Below are positions 62,101-64,000 of a stretch of 64,000 bases of DNA, in pieces. A program made the translations under genes and the position numbers. The notes beneath the pieces are model-generated. The model had not been told where the DNA came from. It ran no database searches and was given only the letters and a program-made list of their open reading frames with translations. The stretch's first letter is position 1. Every line of letters starts with the position of its first letter. Source of the stretch: Macrostomum lignano (taxonomy: Eukaryota); NCBI GenBank assembly GCA_002269645.1, contig NIVC01000180.1, positions 248,001 through 312,000 on the forward strand, written 5' to 3'.

Positions 62101-62977
62101 CCCCATCCCTGACACTCCATAACCCCATCACTGACACTCCATAACCCCATCCCTGACACTCCAGAACCCCATCCCTGACACTCCATAACCCCATCACTGA
62201 CACTCCAGAACCCCATCACTGACACTCCAGAACCCCATCCCTGACACTCCATAACCCCATCCCTGACACTCCAGAACCCCATCCCTGTCCCTGACACTCC
62301 AGAACCCCATCCCTGACACTCCAGAACCCCCTGACACTCCAGAACCCCATCCCTGACACTCCAGAACCCCCCTGACACTCCAGAACCCCATCCCTGACAC
62401 TCCAGAACCCCATCCCTGACACTCCAGAACCCCATCCCTGACACTCCAGAACCCCCCTGACACTTCAGAACCCCATCCCTGACACACTAGAACCCCATCC
62501 CCGACACCGCACGCTCACCCGAGATGTTAACTGGGCGCCCCGGCCGCATGGGCACGGAATTCTGCCGGCAGGTGGGCAGCGGCGGTGGCAGGCTGGTCAC
62601 CTGGTTGGCGTTGACCGCCAAAGACACGCCTGGTGGGAAACAGTCGGGCAGCTCGCCCGGGCCGATCTTGAAGCAGCGCAGCAGCACCTGGACTCCATAG
62701 TCGGTGCGCTGCCGGCCAACGCCTGGCAGACGGTAGCGGTTCAGGGCCACGGTCTCCGCCTGCTGCCGACTGAGCGAGAACGTCAGCTCAGCTGTCTGCT
62801 GCCGGTTGTTTATCCGACTTGGCATCAGCGCAGTCGGCGGCATCACCATCTCCAGATGGTCGAAAAACGGATGCGGCTGGGGGGTTACGTCCAGTTGATG
62901 GGCTGCTTGATGCTGCTGATGCAGAGGGTCGCGCAGCGGGTGAGGCTGGACGGCGGTACGCAGGACAGGGGAAACGC
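59188..62977 (-). CDS. PIAS: PIAS-family E3 SUMO ligase, last two exons: join(..62977..62519, 60725..59188); upstream SAP-domain exon(s) lie outside the window
   Basis: PINIT domain (HPFFDHLE..PPTAL..DCFPPGVSLAVN..RPGRPVNIS|GHCRISHAVLNRLTVGW) and SP-RING ([39 protein letters not shown]); SIM-like VVVAFDLT and ILVITLDSSDDE; phase-1 GT-AG intron. Confidence 0.93.
60785..62505. repeat. 26-bp (cagagccctactgacatcccagaaca) and 22-bp (ccagaaccccatccctgacact) minisatellites filling the PIAS intron
   Basis: Seen directly; interrupted by a MITE at 60872-61196. Confidence 0.95.
60872..61196. mobile_element. hAT-type MITE (325 bp) inserted in a minisatellite
   Basis: Perfect 14-bp TIRs catacatgcgcaac / gttgcgcatgtatg; 8-bp TSD agtcctac / agccctac (1 mismatch); subterminal gtcgca motifs. 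Confidence 0.88.
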
Positions 62978-63034
62978 CTGCAAGGGAAAGAAGGGGGTCA
63001 GTTTGCAGGCTTTTCTTTTGACTTTTTGACTTGT

Positions 63035-63935
63035 GCCCCACCCAATCTGCTACCTCCAGTGCCCCACCCCAATCTGCTACCCCCAGTGCCCCACCCCAAT
63101 CTGCTACCTCCAGTGCCCCACCCCAATCTGCTACCTCCAGTGCCCCACCCCAATCTGCTACCTCCTGTGCCCCACCCCAATCTGCTACCCCCAGTGCCCC
63201 ACCCCAATCTGCTACCCCAGTGCCCCACCCCAATCTGCTACCTCCAGTGCCCCACCCCAATCTGCTACCCCAGTGCCCCACCCCAATCTGCTACCTCCAG
63301 TGCCCCACCCCAATCTGCTACCCCAGTGCCCCACCCCAATCTGCTACCCCCAGTGCCCCACCCCAATCTGCTACCCCAGTGCCCCACCCCAATCTGCTAC
63401 CTCCAGTGCCCCACCCCAATCTGCTACCTCCTGTGCCCCACCCCAATCTGCTACCTCCTGTGCCCCACCCCAATCTGCTACCCCCAGTGCCCCACCCCAA
63501 TCTGCTACCTCCAGTGCCCCCCACCCCAATCTGCTACCCCCAGTGCCCCACCCCAATCTGCTACCTCCAGTGCCCCACCCCAATCTGCTACCTCCTGTGC
63601 CCCACCCCAATCTGCTACCTCCTGTGCCCCACCCCAATCTGCCACCCCCAGTGCCCCACCCCAATCTGCTACCTCCTGTGCCCCACCCCAATCTGCTACC
63701 TCCTGTGCCCCACCCCAATCTGCCACCCCCAGTGCCCCACCCCAATCTGCCACCCCAGTGCCCCCCACCCCAATCTGCTACCCCAGTGCCCCACCCAATC
63801 TGCTACCCCCAGTGCCCCACCCCAATCTGCTACTACCAGGGCCCCATCTCAATCTGCTACCTCCAATGCCTTACCCCAATCTGCTACTCCCAGTGCCCCA
63901 CCCCAATCTGCTACCTCCAATCCCTTACCCCAATC
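63035..63935. repeat. 26-27-bp G-rich (sense) minisatellite (ccccaccccaatctgctacctccagtg) in the upstream PIAS intron
   Basis: About 32 copies. Confidence 0.95.
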
Positions 63936-64000
63936 TGATACTACTAGAATACTAGAAGATCGTTATCATACTATACTGCCAGTACTAGATCTCAATTATT

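Overview
Eukaryotic (animal) genomic DNA with GC-rich exons and introns inflated by minisatellites. The style is most consistent with a free-living flatworm such as Macrostomum; this is an inference and was not database-checked. Nine protein-coding genes were reconstructed by hand with splice phases checked: an intronless orphan (809-2692,+), a two-exon Bcl-2-family gene (-), an innexin (+), Fuzzy/FUZ (-), Kish/TMEM167B (+), a PAP2/PLPP lipid phosphatase (+), a DEG/ENaC channel (+), a 14-exon SLC26A11-like anion transporter (+) and the 3' part of a PIAS SUMO ligase (-). Mobile DNA comprises a full-length 5.9-kb APE-RT-RNase H LINE with a perfect 10-bp TSD, a 257-bp insertion with a 16-bp TSD inside the last innexin exon, an LTR with a tRNA-Leu primer-binding site, a candidate solo LTR, two hAT-type MITEs, CORE-SINE copies and an RTE-like remnant. 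About 25 micro/minisatellite arrays account for most of the spurious ORFs. Four observations stand out. (1) The innexin insertion truncates an acidic tail, but its TSD contains AG|GT, so it could be spliced out exactly. (2) Several minisatellites appear to grow out of splice-donor or stop-codon sequence, and unrelated arrays share a sense-strand TGTCAG core. (3) FUZ and PLPP each carry a single-base frameshift. (4) A degenerate exon1-exon2 junction copy lies inside SLC26 intron 1.
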